DNA of 64,000 nucleotides. It comes from Anaeramoeba ignava BMAN (Eukaryota > Protista > Anaeramoebae). The notes under the pieces were generated by a model. The model did no database searches and was not told the DNA's origin. It saw nothing but the letters and a program-made list of their open reading frames with translations. The stretch spans positions 1 to 64,000 of the forward strand of contig JAPDFW010000146.1 of the NCBI GenBank assembly GCA_028826165.1, given 5' to 3'. The translations under genes were made by a program, and so were the position numbers. Of the stretch, positions 62,262-64,000 are shown one piece after another. Within the stretch, counting starts at the first letter, position 1, and each line of letters begins with the position of its first letter.

Positions 62262-64000
62262 TTATAAAATAAGACATCTTCTTTTTTTAGGTTCTTCTTT
62301 TTTAGTAAATTTTAAAATTGTACGAATAGATTCATCAAAAATTGTTTTGAGATTTACACTTGTTTTTGCTGAACATTCTAAATATTTATCTGCATGAATT
62401 TCTTGAGCAAGTTGTGATCCCTTTTTAAATTTTAATTATTAATTTTAATTTTAATTTTTGATTTTAATTTTAATTTTAATTTTAATTTTAAATTTTAAAT
62501 TTAATTTTAAATTTTAATTTTTAAATATTAATTTTAATTTTAATTTTAATTTTAATTTTAAATTTTAATTTTAATTTTAATTTTAATTTTAATTTTAATT
62601 TTAATTTTAATTTTAATTTTAATTTTAATTTTAATTTTTTTAAATTTTAATTTTAATTTTTAATTTTAATTTTAAATTTTAATTTTAATTTTAAATTAAT
62701 TTTAAATTTTAATTTTAAATAATTTTAATTTTAAATTTAATTTTAATTTAAATTTAATTTTAATTTTAATTTTAAATTTTAATTTTTAAATTTTAATTTT
62801 AAATTTTTCAGCATTATTTTTACGAAGCTCTTCTTGTGCAGCAGGATCATTTCTTAAATCTGTTTTTGTTCCAACTAAAATTGTTGGAGCTTCTGGACAA
62901 TAATGTTTAACTTCACCAGCCCACTTTATTATTATTATAATAAAATATTGTTTAAATATATTTTAATAAATATATTATTTTATATTTTAATAAAATATAT
63001 TTTTAATTTTAATTTTTAATTTTAATAAATATATTATTAATAAATATTTTAATATATTTTTATAATTTTAAAATTTTAAAAAATATAATGTTAATAAATA
63101 TATTAATAAATATATTGTTAATAAATATATTGTTAATAAATACATAATATTGTTAATAAATATATTGTTAATAAATATATTAATAAAATCAGCATTAATA
63201 TTTTTAATAAATATATTATTAATAAAATATTGTTAAAAATATCTTCTTAATAAATATAGCAGGATCATTTCTAAAAATCTTATTAATAAAAATTTTTGTT
63301 TCCATTGTTAAAAATTGTTGTTAATAAATATTCTGGACAATAATGTTAATTTAACATTAAATATTTTATTAGCCCATATTTTAATAAATATATTATAATA
63401 AATATATTTTTAATATTGTTAATAAATATATTATTAATAAATATATTGTTAATAAATATATTGTTAATAAATATATTGTTAATAAATATATTGCCAATAA
63501 ATATATTTTTAATAAATATATTATTAATAAATATATTGTTAATAAATATATTGTTAATAAATATATTGTTAATAAATATATTGTTAATAAATATATTATT
63601 AATAAATATATTGTTAATAAATATATTGTTAATAAATATATTGTTAATAAAAATATATAAAAATATATTATTAAAAATATAATATAAATATATTATTAAT
63701 AAAAAATTGTTAATAAAATATATTGTTAATAAATATATTGTTAATATTATTAATATTGTTAATAAATATATTGTTAATATTATTAATATTGTTAATATCA
63801 TTGATAAATCAAACCTTTTCTCGAACATTTTTATAGGAAATTTGACTATCAACAGAGAAACAAATCAAAACAATATGAGCATTAGGATAACTTAACGGTC
63901 TAAGTGAATCATAATCTTCTTGACCTGCAGTATCCCAAATACTTAATTCATAAGGTTTTCCATCAACATCAAACTTAGAATTATAATTTTCAAAAACTGT
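62262..64000 (-). CDS. Rho/Rac-family small GTPase (5' end outside the window)
   Basis: TVFENY...[18 protein letters not shown]...EK|[20 protein letters not shown]...YLECSAKT...KKRRCLIL* (CAAX). Intron 62924-63814. The donor of the last intron was not found. Confidence 0.92.
62425..63800. repeat. Intronic (TTTTAA)n and 15-bp (AATAAATATATTGTT)n arrays in the Rho gene
   Basis: Directly visible at ~62425-62805 and ~63090-63800. Confidence 0.85.

Noticed and set aside
1-64000. Alternative genetic code or non-canonical splice dinucleotides
   Set aside because: Conserved Trp residues use TGG, TAA and TGA end well-supported genes, and all resolved introns are GT-AG.
1-64000. tRNA, rRNA or transposon genes
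   Set aside because: No recognisable structured RNA, transposase, reverse transcriptase or terminal repeats were seen by eye. A covariance-model scan was not possible.

Overview
This is a very AT-rich, intron-containing eukaryotic locus with GT-AG spliceosomal introns and the standard genetic code. It is not prokaryotic. The BTB-TLDc gene, NQ/NE microsatellite-encoded tracts, prokaryote-like Fe-ADH and PAS genes and the composition suggest an anaerobic protist such as Anaeramoeba (inference, not verified). I reconstructed about 20 genes or pseudogenes by hand: BTB-TLDc (broken), a CH + tandem PH-like protein, a P-loop GTPase-like/RING protein head-to-head with a divergent polyubiquitin (the pair is tandemly duplicated and the duplicate is decayed), an ankyrin/KDEKP-repeat protein, a small spliced C4 zinc-finger gene missed by the ORF track, an iron-containing alcohol dehydrogenase, two tandem PAS genes, an IRE/Greatwall-type kinase, a CH-PX-BAR sorting nexin, an ankyrin-RasGEF, a stomatin-like SPFH protein, a Rap1-like telomere protein, a large BEACH protein and a Rho GTPase. 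Many introns and spacers are inflated by locus-specific AT-rich tandem repeats, including a 16 x ~134 bp array. Many genes carry frameshifts, probably assembly errors. The best candidate for an undescribed system is the GTPase-RING + variant-ubiquitin cassette. No rRNA, tRNA, CRISPR array, transposase or intein was recognised.
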